From assembly GCF_018350175.1 (NCBI RefSeq), contig NC_058370.1, forward strand, positions 7,006,001 through 7,070,000: a DNA stretch of 64,000 bases, in the 5' to 3' direction. A program made the position numbers and the translations under genes. The stretch comes from Felis catus (Eukaryota). The notes under the pieces were generated by a model. That model was not told the DNA's origin and did no database searches. It worked only from the letters and a program-made list of their open reading frames with translations. This document shows, piece by piece, positions 47,525-59,505 of this stretch (positions are counted from its first letter, which is position 1; each line of letters starts with the position of its first letter).

Positions 47525-49340
47525 GACTAAAACATATAATACACATCTTTAAGAGAGAGGTGGTGGATATTTTGGAAAGCACACTGGGATAGAAATCAAA
47601 AGATCTGGGGTTTAGAGTCCTCATCTAAGAAACAAGATGATTACAGTATGTAAGTAGTAATAATAATAAAGTAACATGCGTTGAACTTGATCAATGTGTG
47701 AGGTGCTGTGCTGGGAACTTTACACCCATATCACCTTCTTGCGATCAATCATACCGTAGGAACTGTTACAATTTTGCATTTACAGTTCCTCCTTTTTCAG
47801 ACGTGAGACTTTTACCGCCCTCCTTGGGCGCACGGCTTTGGAATCCCCCGTCGTGGGTCAGTACATAAATGGGGATTGCTCGTTCTCTGAGATTTTATTC
47901 CAAGTCAGTCACTCTTGCTGTGGCCACATCCAGCCACACCTTTCATGAGGCATTGCACCTCAAGCCATTTTGAAACAAATACATATCAAGGGTTGATGCA
48001 AAGCGGTGTGTGGGTTGGTAGCCAGTCTGAACACTTTTCAGCGTGTACCTGGGGACCCAGCCTCCTCCTGACCCGCTCCTCTCCCCACGACAATTAGTGT
48101 GATCTGATGATTCAGGGATCGTTACTGAGTTTATTCTTCAGAACTTAAGCCGGAAAATAGGGGCCGATAGGTAACATTGCAAAGTGCAGCATAAATTAGT
48201 GAATTGAGAGCTGCATAATGAACACTGTTGAGAACATAGTTGAAAAGATTTGTGGAGAGCATCTAAGGTGTGTGGGGATAATTGTTGGATTGTGATGGTA
48301 ATTCGCGAGATTGAGCCTTGTGTAAGGTGCTTAGTATTTCAAACCTTTTAAGAAGAATTCTCACTGTCTAGTCAACATTAATTTGAGAGTATTCAGAAGG
48401 AGGGCATGGATAGGGAAAGCGCGTGGATGCGTGGGGCAAAAAAAAAAAAAAAAAAAAAAAGACACCCAAATGAGAGGAACGTTCAATTTGAGTAAGCAAT
48501 GCACTGATCTTTATTGTCAGATTAAAGCCCGGGATTATCACTCATTTTGTTAAGCAAAAATACAACGTGAGAAGAATATCATGTTTAATTATTTCATTTT
48601 GTCCCAAGGATGGAATCATGTGATGCAAGTCTGAAAAAAAAAAGGTTCACTCAGGGGGGATTAAAATCTTTGAGCTCACACATGCCGAGAAAATCATGAA
48701 TTCACAATATAATATTGAGCTTTTGACACTCTTGTATGCATGACTTCTTTCTCCCTGTGCCCCGGATCCCCACTCTCTACAACTTTCTGAGCTACATTTT
48801 AGGTAGAATCTCCTTCTTAGGTTTAACAGCTGTGGTTAATAGGCTTTACTTTCAAATTGAAGAAGTTAACATATACTTAGAGATTTCAGAACTTTCTAAC
48901 CACCTAAGGGATAAAGCTGAAATCCCTGAAAGGTGGTTAAGAGAAAGGCTGGGGCTGTTTACATATTTGAAGATGGAATTTTAACTGAACCTAATATACT
49001 TCTTTATTTGTAAATGTAAGGGGTGAATGCAGTGTTATGATTCCAAGGAGTTTCTATCTGCCAGGAAGTATTTGGATTAATAAATGTGAAAGAACTTGAA
49101 TGCAAATTTGCATGTATAAGGGCTCTTCAATGTAATAAGCCATTATTACCATTCTTATGGGAAGCCCACATTTTCAATCTGGAATTTATGTGTTTCCAAC
49201 GACTAATCTTTTTTTATTCTTTCACAATCTACACAGTATATATTCATCATAATGAAGAGGCATTTGAAAAATTCCTATGGAATGAAGCAGTTTCATTTGA
49301 TATTTACAAAACTCCACAAGCCTTTAACTAGAACTAAGTT

Positions 49341-49344
<4 letters not shown>

Positions 49345-49380
<36 letters not shown>

Positions 49381-49390
49381 ACACACACAC
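49345..49390. repeat. (AC)n microsatellite
   Basis: Direct reading. Confidence 0.95.
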
Positions 49391-49545
49391 GCATGCGTGC
49401 ACACGTGCACACTTTTAACTTTCTTGAATATCTTGAATTTGTTCAGCAGATGTTTAATGAATGCATATCCTGTGTACTGGAAATACAGAGACTGGAGAAA
49501 CCTGAGCACGTACTTTTAAACAATTAACATTAAATGGATCCATTA

Positions 49546-50188
49546 TGATGAGGCTTTTGGGGTGACAGTGGGGTTTGTGGGGTCCGGAGCCGACAGCCAA
49601 GAAAGAATTCTTGAAGATGTCTTTGGTGCAAAAAGACTGGTTTTATACTATGGAGTTGGGGGAAGTAAAGTCCAGGGGAAGTTTCCAGAGAGATTTTCAT
49701 ATGCTAAAGACTCCAGGATACAGGAGGCCTAGCTATTGTCAAGCTAAGGTTGTTTTTCCCTCCAGCAAATCATTAGCATTAAGACAGTGGGGAGTTCCTG
49801 GAGAAACGTTTTCCTCTGCCTGCCTCAAGTAGGTGCCAACGGGCTGCAGGGCAAAAGGAAATTTAGTTCTATCTGCCATTTCCTGCCTTTGTTTCCCACA
49901 TCAAGATGGAGGGGTGATGTCCGGGCTCCAGGAAATGGAGTCTGTAGTTTTCTGGAGATTTGACTACTGATAAAATTACCTTTTTCTTCTAATTTACTAA
50001 GATATTTGTAAATAGACGGAGACTTAGGTCCCGCAGGGCTATGATCTCTATCAGTTAACCATTTGTTTTCCCCTTTTCCTTTGTTCTTGGGCAGCAGGGA
50101 GTGCCCAAGGAATGTCACACGTGTCCCCCCTTGGGGGGGCGGGTGGTGGTGTTTGTGGCTGGCTGGCCACTTGCCTTCTGCTCCCTCA
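49546..50188 (-). mobile_element. Carnivore ERV1 solo LTR (CarLTR1-like)
   Basis: tgatg...ctccctca; ggtccggagccgacagccaagaaagaattcttga; tgatctctatcagttaaccatttgtttt. Confidence 0.8.
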
Positions 50189-50669
50189 TGATTTTACATA
50201 AGTAGCACAGACTCATTTAAGAAAATTTGGACAAGTGAAATATCATGAAGGGGTGGGGCATCCGTAACTCCATTCTTCGGAGACAGGTGCTGGCAAGAAG
50301 CTGGTAAAACCTCCTGGGACTCGGGTTCGTCTCCATCACCCTCTTCATTCTGTGTTCATATGAAACAGGATCACGAAGGCTGTTTGATAGTCTGCCTTTT
50401 CTTTGTGTCGTATTAGCATTTCCACAAACCAATGGATGTTCTCCTACAGAATGATTTTGAACCAATGCATGTTAATTCATCCTAGGGCTATACCAGAGTT
50501 GGGTAACCTAACTTAATGAAACGAAACGAACATTTTGAGGGGCTCCGACAGATGAACAAATTGTCCCCGGGAAAGTTTGTACCAACAACCCCTTTGTTAA
50601 CTGCTCTTACGTTACATTGGCCTTCTCCTGGCCAGCATTTACCTTCCCTGTGAACGAAGACTTAACCCA

Positions 50670-50830
50670 GTGCTTGATATGCATGTCTCCTACCAGAATG
50701 TAAGTTCTATGAGGATAGAGAACTATCTGCGTTGGACATGGCTGTATCTTTGGCACCTGGAAATGTGCCTGGCACAAAGTAGACACTCGATAGATGTTTC
50801 TAGAATGGAAGGAAGGAAAGATGAGCAAAG
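50670..50830 (+). mobile_element. L2 3' end
   Basis: agaatgtaagttctatgagg...gtgcctggcacaaagtagacactcgatagatgttt. Confidence 0.75.
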
Positions 50831-51562
50831 AGGGAGAGAGAGAAGAAATTGGAAGCAAAGGGAGAAAGAATGGAAAGATAGACTCATTCTAGCTCATTTT
50901 TTAAAAATTTGTAAATTAAGGGGGGCATGGCTAACAGGATATTCTTGGGCTCTTTTCAATGTAACATTTTCAGCACTGGAAATGATAAATCGTATGAATA
51001 GTACCTGTCCAGGTCAGTGAAAATGGTGTTCAGAAACAAGAAGGATTTAATATAAAGAGACAAGTAGAAATGTGTAGCTTACTGCCTGGTCACACCAGCT
51101 TGAATGGGACACAGGCTACTTCCTGGTGGGGAAACCAGGCTTGGTTAGCAGTGTTGGTCCAACACTTGGTGAATCCCTGGCTTGTTTGAGGATGAGGGAC
51201 AGGGATGGAGGGAGGACAGCAGTGGCCTGGGAAGATAAGAGGGAAAAAATAACAGCGAGTAAGTAAATATTTGCATTTATGCAGCAAACACAGATTGGCA
51301 AAACATTAAAGAAAATAAATATCTTCATTCTGAGGATTACGGGAGAGGATGTGGAGAACTAGAGTCTTCAAGGTAAGCAGGTGAAGAAATACTGGTACAG
51401 ATAAGACCTGTTCGTTAAATGACTGGAACTCAGAATTTTAGCCTAATGTGTATTTACTGGGTTGACGATGAGTCAACTTCTAGAAAAGAACGTGTTTTTC
51501 TTATATAACTTATTTCATAGCCTCAACTTCATGCCCCCACCTGTCTTTCTAAAAGGAAAGAG

Positions 51563-51693
51563 NNNNNNNNNNNNNNNNNNNNNNNNNNNNNNNNNNNNNN
51601 NNNNNNNNNNNNNNNNNNNNNNNNNNNNNNNNNNNNNNNNNNNNNNNNNNNNNNNNNNNNNNNNNNNNNNNNNNNNNNNNNNNNNNNNNNNNN
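51563..51693. other. Assembly gap
   Basis: N run. Confidence 1.
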
Positions 51694-53066
51694 CCTTAAA
51701 ATGGATTGTGGAGCTAATAATAGACTGTGTGTCAAGTATGATAAATAAATTGACACAGAAGAAAATCTGATCACAGTATCATTAGATTGGAAATACTCAG
51801 GAGGGTGCAGTGTATATTGGCAGAAGTTAATGCTGAATTGTATATTTGACTGGCGCACAGTAAATATTAAATATTAACAAAACGAATCTCATTGTTTTCA
51901 ACTTTGGGGAGGAAAAGGATTATGCCTAGGGACTTTTGTTTTGAATACTCTAACTAAAATTAGCATTTGAAAAAAAATACTGTTTCTCTGTGAAAGGATA
52001 GAAATTCAAATTTCCCCTTTTGGGTGCATGCTGGCTTTAAGAAACACAAAGGTGATACTTCAGGAGATGAGTTGAAGATAGAATTAGTAGAAAAAAAAAT
52101 CAGAGGGCATTTAAATCCCATATTACAAATGAGTCCTACATTCAGCCTTGTAAAAGCCTTGTGAGGGCTAAGGAACTGTGGATTAAAGGGAATTTGAAGT
52201 GGGGGAAGGTGCTTTGGGGACTTCACTGATTACAGGGCACAATTCATAGTCATAACAGGAGGCAAATGACAGGAGGCAACGGGCTCTTAGATGAATTCAT
52301 TCAATATTTCCCATTTCTTTAAGAGGATGGAAGAAAGTCATTTACTCCGTGTTGAGCAGGAGACACCATGTTCCCAAATGAGGCTCTTAACCCTCTGATT
52401 CTGTAAAGGGAGAGTTCTCGCTCAGATTCTATAAAGGGAGAGATCTGTCAACATGATGCTTTACTTGACTTTTGTCTTCCCATCGCATCTAAATTCCGGG
52501 TCCCTCCAAGGAAACTTCAGATTTCTGCAAGGGGCTGTTTATGGTGTAAGGAATTAACCAAAGCACAAAGGGACACGGCTCAAGGAAGTTTCATGAGGAT
52601 GCTGGTCCTTTAGGCCGGGAAGAAGGAACAGGGAGAACAGAAAGCACGCACAATTGCGTAGGGATCTCCTTCCAGGGGTTTTTGAGTTAGGTAGACCTGA
52701 GCTTAAACTTCAGATCTGTCATTGTTGGGCAACTCCCCTAGCACAGCATACTATTTGTACGTTACAGGCTAGGTTCTGGATTAAAAATAGTTCTGTATGT
52801 AATGACCTTAATAAGGTCTGACACATTATGGGCATTTGGCAAATGGTAGCTAAAAATAATAATAATAACAGTAATGGAACAGTGGCTGCTTTATTAACAA
52901 TCATTACATGATTTTGGCATTCTAAGAAACATGACTTTTTAATTAATTATTTTTTTTATGTTTAATAAGGAATAGGACAGTAGCAGAAAGACTTCTGTGT
53001 TGAAGTTGGAAGGCTGGCTTTTCCTGTATGATGCCGGTCAAGGCCATTTAACCTCCTTAGTGTCCC

Positions 53067-53361
53067 TGTACTCATTCCTTGCTGCTGGCATAGCAAATTG
53101 CCACAAACTTAGTGTTTGGAACTGCATGCATTTATTGTTTTACAGTTCTTTAGTTCAGAAGTCTGTCACAGGTCTCAGTAGGCCAAAATCAAGATATTAG
53201 CAAGGTGTGTTCCTTGTGGAAGTTTTGTGGGGAGAATCCACTTCCTGGCCCACATTCCTTGGCCCAGGCTCCTTTTCAGTCTTCAAAGTCAGCCACAGCT
53301 GGTTGAATCCTTTTTAAATTACATTTCTCTGACCATTTCTTCCACTTTGCTTTTCCACTTT
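53067..53361 (-). mobile_element. MaLR LTR fragment (MLT1C/D-like), truncated at a SINE
   Basis: caaattgccacaaacttagtg...tttacagttct...aaaatcaagat...ggggagaatccacttcct...tcttcaaagtcagc. Confidence 0.75.
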
Positions 53362-53362
53362 C

Positions 53363-53495
53363 TTTTTTTTTTTTAATGCAGTCTCCACGTGCAGTATGGA
53401 GCCCAACAGGGTGTTCAAACTCATGACCCTGAGATCAAAAACTGGGCTGAGATCAAGAGTCGGATGCTGAACCGGCTGAGCCACCTAGGCACCCC
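53363..53495 (-). mobile_element. Short CAN-SINE variant without CT tract
   Basis: tcatgaccctgagatcaaaaactgggctgagatcaagagtcggatgctgaaccggctgagccacctaggcacccc. Confidence 0.88.
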
Positions 53496-54435
53496 TGCAT
53501 CTGTCTTTTGTTAACCGTATCCTAACACATGTCGACAGTTTCCAGTTGCCTTTTAAAAATGAAGATGGAATATTAAAAACATATTTCAAAATAATGTGTA
53601 GACTGTTCTTAGACATTGTAATGACTTTGCCATTTGTACGTGACATTCTCACCCAGACCTTCAATTGCCTTTCCGGTATTTTCAAATATTTCAACTTAAT
53701 CTTTACAGAAAAATTATGTTTCATGAATATCCACCAACTTAGGTAAAGTTTAACTCAACTTTACGCTTTCAATAACAGGTGCAAGTGGCATAAGCAATTA
53801 CAATTGATCTTGGTTTGCGTAGTGTTTATCCAATGGAAGCACAGGTGTGCAGGCAAAGGAGTGATCCAGGGACTAGTAAGCATCCATCACCGTGTTTTAC
53901 TGAAGCAGTGGAGATTTGTCATCAGTTAAGTGGAGATTGATGAAAATGGCTTGTACTCTATCAGGAGCTAATGTTATTGTGTGGTTTATTCTGTAGAGGC
54001 ACCATGCGATGTTTACATGCATTATGTATTTTAATTGTTATTTCAACCCTTCGAAGAAAGTTGAACCTGATGAGAGGTGATGTCCTACAAGCCAAATAGC
54101 CAGTAGGAAGATGGTGAAGATGTGAAGTTATGTGGTCTGACTCTGCAGTGAATCACATTCATTTCCAGTCTGCTGGGCAGACCTCACAGAGCTGCGTGTA
54201 GGACTGAAGGAGACGATTCATACAAAAATGCCTCTTAGATGTCTGGCTTGGTCATGGTCGGTGTGTAACCAAACTTGGCTGATTCAAGTCTGAGTATCCA
54301 ACTTCATACTTATTCACCAAAAACAATTGATCAATTTTAGAGCACAGACAATAGATGAAGTCCTGTACCAGGAAGTGTTAAGATTAAGCAAAAGTACACA
54401 CGTGCGTGCATATACACACACGCAATCCACTACAG

Positions 54436-54615
54436 ATGATAATAGCTCCCATTTATTGAGCATTGGATCATGTTCTTAGCATATGTTATCTTATTCAGTC
54501 CCATGACCACAACCCTATGAAGTTGATATTATTATTATCCCATTTTCCAGTAAAAAAAAAAAAGAAAAAGGAAGTTAAATTATTTGCTCTGGGTCACAGA
54601 GCTGGCAGGTGGTAA
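54436..54615 (-). mobile_element. MIR
   Basis: aatagctcccatttattgagc...acaaccctatgaagt..attattatcccatttt...ggtcacagagct. Confidence 0.75.
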
Positions 54616-54917
54616 AACTCTGGAGAGACTTAATGAGGTTTATTAGATTCTAAAATTCAGCTTTTGGAAATCTTTCCCTGAGGAGCAGCGTAGGTGAAAT
54701 AATACAATAAAGAAAGAATTGACAGAATTTAGCCAACATTAAAATGTCAAATTGCCTCATTTCCCACAGTGTACCTTTTTGTTTCCATTTTGTTACTATC
54801 CCCCCCCCCCCCACCAGAGGGCCATTACACTGTGTCAACATAGCAATAATCGAAGCGTCATCTGTATGATTTATCAAAAGCCTATTGAGAATAAACCAAC
54901 AATAATAGGATGCGTGA

Positions 54918-55133
54918 GGGGCGCCTGGGTGGCTCAGTCGGTTAAGCATTCGACTTCGGCTCAGGTCATGATCTCGCAGTTCGTGAGTTCGAGCCCCGTG
55001 TCGGGCTCTGTGCTGACAGCTCAGAGCCTGGAGCCTGCTTCACATTCTGTGTCTCCCTCTCTCTCTGCCCCTTCCCTGCTCATGCTCTGTCTCTCTCTGT
55101 CTCAAAAATAAATAAACATTTAAAAAAAAAAAA
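54918..55133 (+). mobile_element. Felid CAN-SINE
   Basis: Near-consensus body; TSD aggatgcgtg at 54907-54916 and 55134-55143. Confidence 0.97.
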
Positions 55134-55865
55134 AGGATGCGTGCATGTTTTTGTAGGACTAGTGTTGGTGTTAAAATTTTTAGAATGAGTAACTATTGGA
55201 CTGTAATACCAGTCATGACAGCCATGTTGAGATGAAACTCTATTTGGGTAGAACACTGAGTTCCTACGTTCTTGGCCAGTGACCAACAGCCTCTCCATTT
55301 TTGAAGAAGATGCAGGAGAGAGGCTCTGGGGAAAATGCATGCCCCATATCCTTACAGAAAAAGTCTGACTCTGGAGTGTGAGGTTGAGTGACAATGACTC
55401 TTTTGGTTACACTGGCTAAGGTCCTTCCTTAAAAACAAGTTGAGCAGACATTTTTGCTCTTTTCTCTAGGCTAAGCCTATAACCTAATCAAGGCGGTCAA
55501 TCGTTTCCAGCGTGGCTATTCAGAGCCTCCACAGTTCTATGGACCTCTGAACTGCCCATCACCAAAGAGCTACTGCAAAATGGAAACCAAACAAGCCGGT
55601 TGGGATCTTGGTTCTCTACCCTCTGTCAGTCAGAGTAGATCTGTCTTTATCCGGTGTATTTATTTAAACTCAGGATTCCATTCTGTTCAATTACAGAGTT
55701 CAGAGGCTTTTAGTTTTCATTTCTCTTGATAATATGTTCTAGGTCTTGCTACTTTGAAGATGGAGGCAGGAAAAGATGAAGCAAACGGAGCGGGTAACGG
55801 GGCTGTTAGCTCAGGGCTGTCCAACTCCACTTGAAAGCAATACTTCCTGATCACATGACCTCTTT

Positions 55866-56201
55866 TGCTAGGGAACCAGGCTGGATTGCTGGCGGAAAAC
55901 CCAAGCGGCACTTGGAGATCTTGGTGGATCGCAGATTTATTTAACACCGGTGGGTTCAGAGGAGACCATTTCTCCAAAGATCTGAGCGCCAAATGCAAGT
56001 GGGGAGGGTAATTTAGAGCCGACAGCCTCTATATCTGTGGGGGTTTTTGCGCAAAGGAAGAACACGGAGGAGGGGTCTCCAAGCTAGAGACCAGAGTTTG
56101 TTTTAGCCCCATGGGCCATCTTTGGCCTACTTTATTCACTTCTCCCACGTTTGACGTTTGCCCAAGGTGCACGGGCTCTTTCCTTTCTCATTTACTCCAC
56201 A
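55866..56201 (-). mobile_element. Short ERV solo LTR (336 bp), family not recognised
   Basis: TG...CA, flanks cttt/cttc (3/4 TSD), antisense AATAAA at 55936-55941, CpGs retained. Confidence 0.6.
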
Positions 56202-57657
56202 CTTCTCTCTTTTAACAGTTGAAAACATAAGCTACAGAGGTCGGGCCATTGTCTTCCTTCAGTACTTTGGTCCCTGTTCCCAGAAGTGCATCCTGATTTT
56301 TGGTAAGCACTTACAAATTTGAATGAATGAAAAAAAAATGCATGTATAAATCAATAAATGAAGATACACTGGGGAGGAGCAGACTTGACAAAGGAGAGAT
56401 TGGGGTGGGGAATCGCTACATTTTAACGTGATTACAGTGAAAAGTCTGACACAGGAGAAGGGGGCTGTTTCCCACCTTGGTCTCATCATGATTTTCAAGG
56501 TCAGTATTAAGATCCTGTTGGCTTGAAAAAGTGAAAATGTCTCTTCCCCTTTCAGCGTAGCACCAGTTGGATCCAATTTAAATGGGACTATTTCCTGGTG
56601 TAGCGTGGTTAAAAAATCTCTAGGAGTGGAAGGGCCAGAGTTCATATCCCCTCACAGTAATTTTCTAGCAATGAGATTTTGGGCAAATCACCTAAGCCTG
56701 TCTGTGTAATGAGGCTCGTAATGCTTTTGCTTCCTATTGTGGAATCAGAAAGTTGAGTCTCCGTTCTGAGAAGGGAAATGTGAAATAGATCGCTATTTCT
56801 ATCTGCCACCACCACCTCCATTCCAGATCCCTTCTGGCCCAGCCTTGATGAAAGGAATCAGAAGTTAGGCAAGGGATTTTGCAAAGAGAGGAAACAATTC
56901 TAAAGAGCTAAAAATATCTTTTTTTTTTTTTTTTATTCAGGAGCTATGATGTGCAGCGTCTTTTGCTATAAACAAGACAGAAGGATACAGAATATTTAAA
57001 GCTTATGACTGAAAGACGGGGCAACGGTTGTAGGTAACATTAAATTTGATTAGGATCAGTTCTTTTTCTTAAGTTAGATAGTCTCTCCATGCTTTCTCAT
57101 ATTCAATGTAAAGAAGATGAACCTTTTCAGAGCCATCAAACTCTTAGATTATACAGACTACCGTCATTTTGATTTAGGACTCCAACCTCGATCCCCAAGA
57201 ACTTTCCTAGCTCTAAAGCCATGCAGTGTGTTTTAGAGGAAAATGGGTCATAAAACTCTTGTAGGAAAAGTAGTCTTAAAGTTTGTCTTGTCACTGGCAT
57301 TAATTATAAATAGACCCACACATTCCCCACTATCTTTTTTTTTTTTTTGAAGCCAATAGTGAAAGAAAAACAGTTCAGCTTGTATTTAAAAAGTGACTCT
57401 AACATGCCACTAGGAATCCACTGGCTGCTACAGCCCGTTCATTTAGGTTACAGGCTTGTTGTGAAAATCAACTATAATAATGGCCTTCGAAACTCTTGAA
57501 ATCTAAAAGATGAAAAGTACATGTATGGCATTGGGTAATGCTGTGGACTGAACTTGGAGCCAGGGTCACGGAGAAGGACAGGCACCAGCATTTATCAACC
57601 AAGGTCTTGGGAATAAACCAAGGCACTTGATTTCATGCATCATCTCATTGTCTTTTT

Positions 57658-57773
57658 TTTTTAAAAATAATTTTATTTTATTATTATTTTTTATTTATTT
57701 AGTTTTTTTTATATGAAAATTATTGTCAAATTGGTTTCCATACAACACCCAGTGCTCATCCCAACAGGTGCCT
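57658..57773 (-). mobile_element. Extremely 5'-truncated felid L1
   Basis: tattgtcaaattggtttccatacaacacccagtgctcatcccaacaggtgcc plus T-rich tail; TSD atc(t/a)cattgtcttttt at 57642-57657 and 57774-57789. Confidence 0.9.
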
Positions 57774-59099
57774 ATCACATTGTCTTTTTAGAGATTAAGC
57801 CTTTTAGACACTCTTCATATTAGAACGATTATGTCCTAAATTCCCATATCATGAAAAATTCAAAATCATCACTAAACACATCACACATGAATGGATGTCC
57901 AACAGATTTCTGTTTTCCACCACAATTATTATTTAGGCCTTTTAACATCATAAAATGTCAACTTCTGACCTCCTCCCCTCAAATTAATGCCTCTGCTCTC
58001 GCTGGTGCCCCAATCATGTACTTAGTTTGTCTCCTGCGGACTCCAGCGCTGGATGTATAACCTCTTCCTGATGGTGTAAATCAAATAGTCAAATCCATCC
58101 CGAACTTGTTTCTGTCTAACCATCTGAATCCGAAATTCTTTTCAAAAGAGTCTGGGCAACTTCTAAAATTGATTTTTTTTTTTTTTCCCAGTCCCAAGTT
58201 TGGCTAAGTGAACCATTACAAAGAGAAACAAATGGAACCACGTAACAAATTAAGGCCTGCCTCAGGCACTTAGCTTTTTAACTCCCATCTGCTGGGCTCC
58301 TGTTCTGAGGTGCAGTGCAGCAGCGAGTGTGTGCTTTTATTTATTTTCTCCCACTGAAGATCCATGTCCTGCCTGATGAGGGCATAAGACTGGGGCCCAC
58401 TGCCCAAATATAGTCCGAACATGCATGCGATTCTGATGGTTGGGTCCCTGTGCACAGACCTCACTTGGGGGCATGTTCCTAGTATACCTTTTTCCTTCTT
58501 TTCCTATCCTTGTCTTCAGGTGGGTCCCTGCACACAGTCTTGCCAGGCTGTGAGTGTTGATATGGGGCTGCAGGCATATTTTGGGGAAGACTTAGGAAAA
58601 AGAAGCCCGTTTTTTTTTCTTTTTTCTGAAGGGTAATAAAGAACCTAGTGAGGATCCTGTTTCTGGAACACAGGTGCAGCTTGTGTTTTCAAGCCTCGTC
58701 TTGAATTTATTCAGCACCTGCACTTAAAGCAATCAACGTTTCTCTCAAGTCTGAGCTTGATGTATTAGGAGATGTGCTGTTATGCTTCTCTGCGAAATGA
58801 AGACATTGGACTTCACCCTCTGGAGGTCTCTGGCTCTGACACCTGTGAGATCCACAATCATGGCAAATCCCTCCAACTTTCTCCCCTCTGTGTTTGGGAA
58901 AGACGTGTCACCTCTGGTGATCTGGATAAAAGGCTCTGGACAGCAGTCAGAGTTGTGTTTTAACATACAGGTTAGAGAAAGTTATTTCCCAAGCTCATAT
59001 GATTCTGGTGGCTTCCTGGTACATTTGGCACAAGAAGCCAGTCCCTCACCAGTGTGCACGACTGGACCTGGTTCCAGCTCTGGGGCCTCACATCTAATC

Positions 59100-59505
59100 C
59101 TTCCCCCTGACGTCAGCAGGCTTCCTTACCCTCTAACAAGCTGACATATTCCAGGACGACATCCTTGCCTCCGTTGTTCTCTGGGTGTGGAACATCTTCT
59201 CCAGTTCTTCCCTTGGGCAGATCCTTCTCCACCATTCAGGCCTCACTTCCAGTGTCACCTCCCCAGAAAGTCTTCTCTGATTCCCCCGACCTGATAGATC
59301 CAAGGAGGCATCCTTGCCATCAACCCTTTTCTTCTTCTCATGACCATTAGTGGAAGCTGAAATTAACTTGTTTATTTATTGTTTGCCTGTTTTTCCCACA
59401 AGAATATATGGCGGTGAGTGGCAGCCTTGTCTTATTTGTTGCTGTATCCCTTAGAGCTGGAAGAGAATACTGAAGATGTCCAATACGTGTCTGGGAAATG
59501 AGTAG
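59100..59505 (+). mobile_element. L2a 3' fragment
   Basis: tccttctccaccattcagg..cagtgtcacctccccagaaagtcttctctga...ttgtttatttattgtttgcct. Confidence 0.7.

Noticed and set aside
58430-58545. Imperfect repeat of gg(t)tgggtccctg..cacag about 80 bp apart
   Set aside because: Too short and degenerate; probably remnants of old ERVL LTR ends
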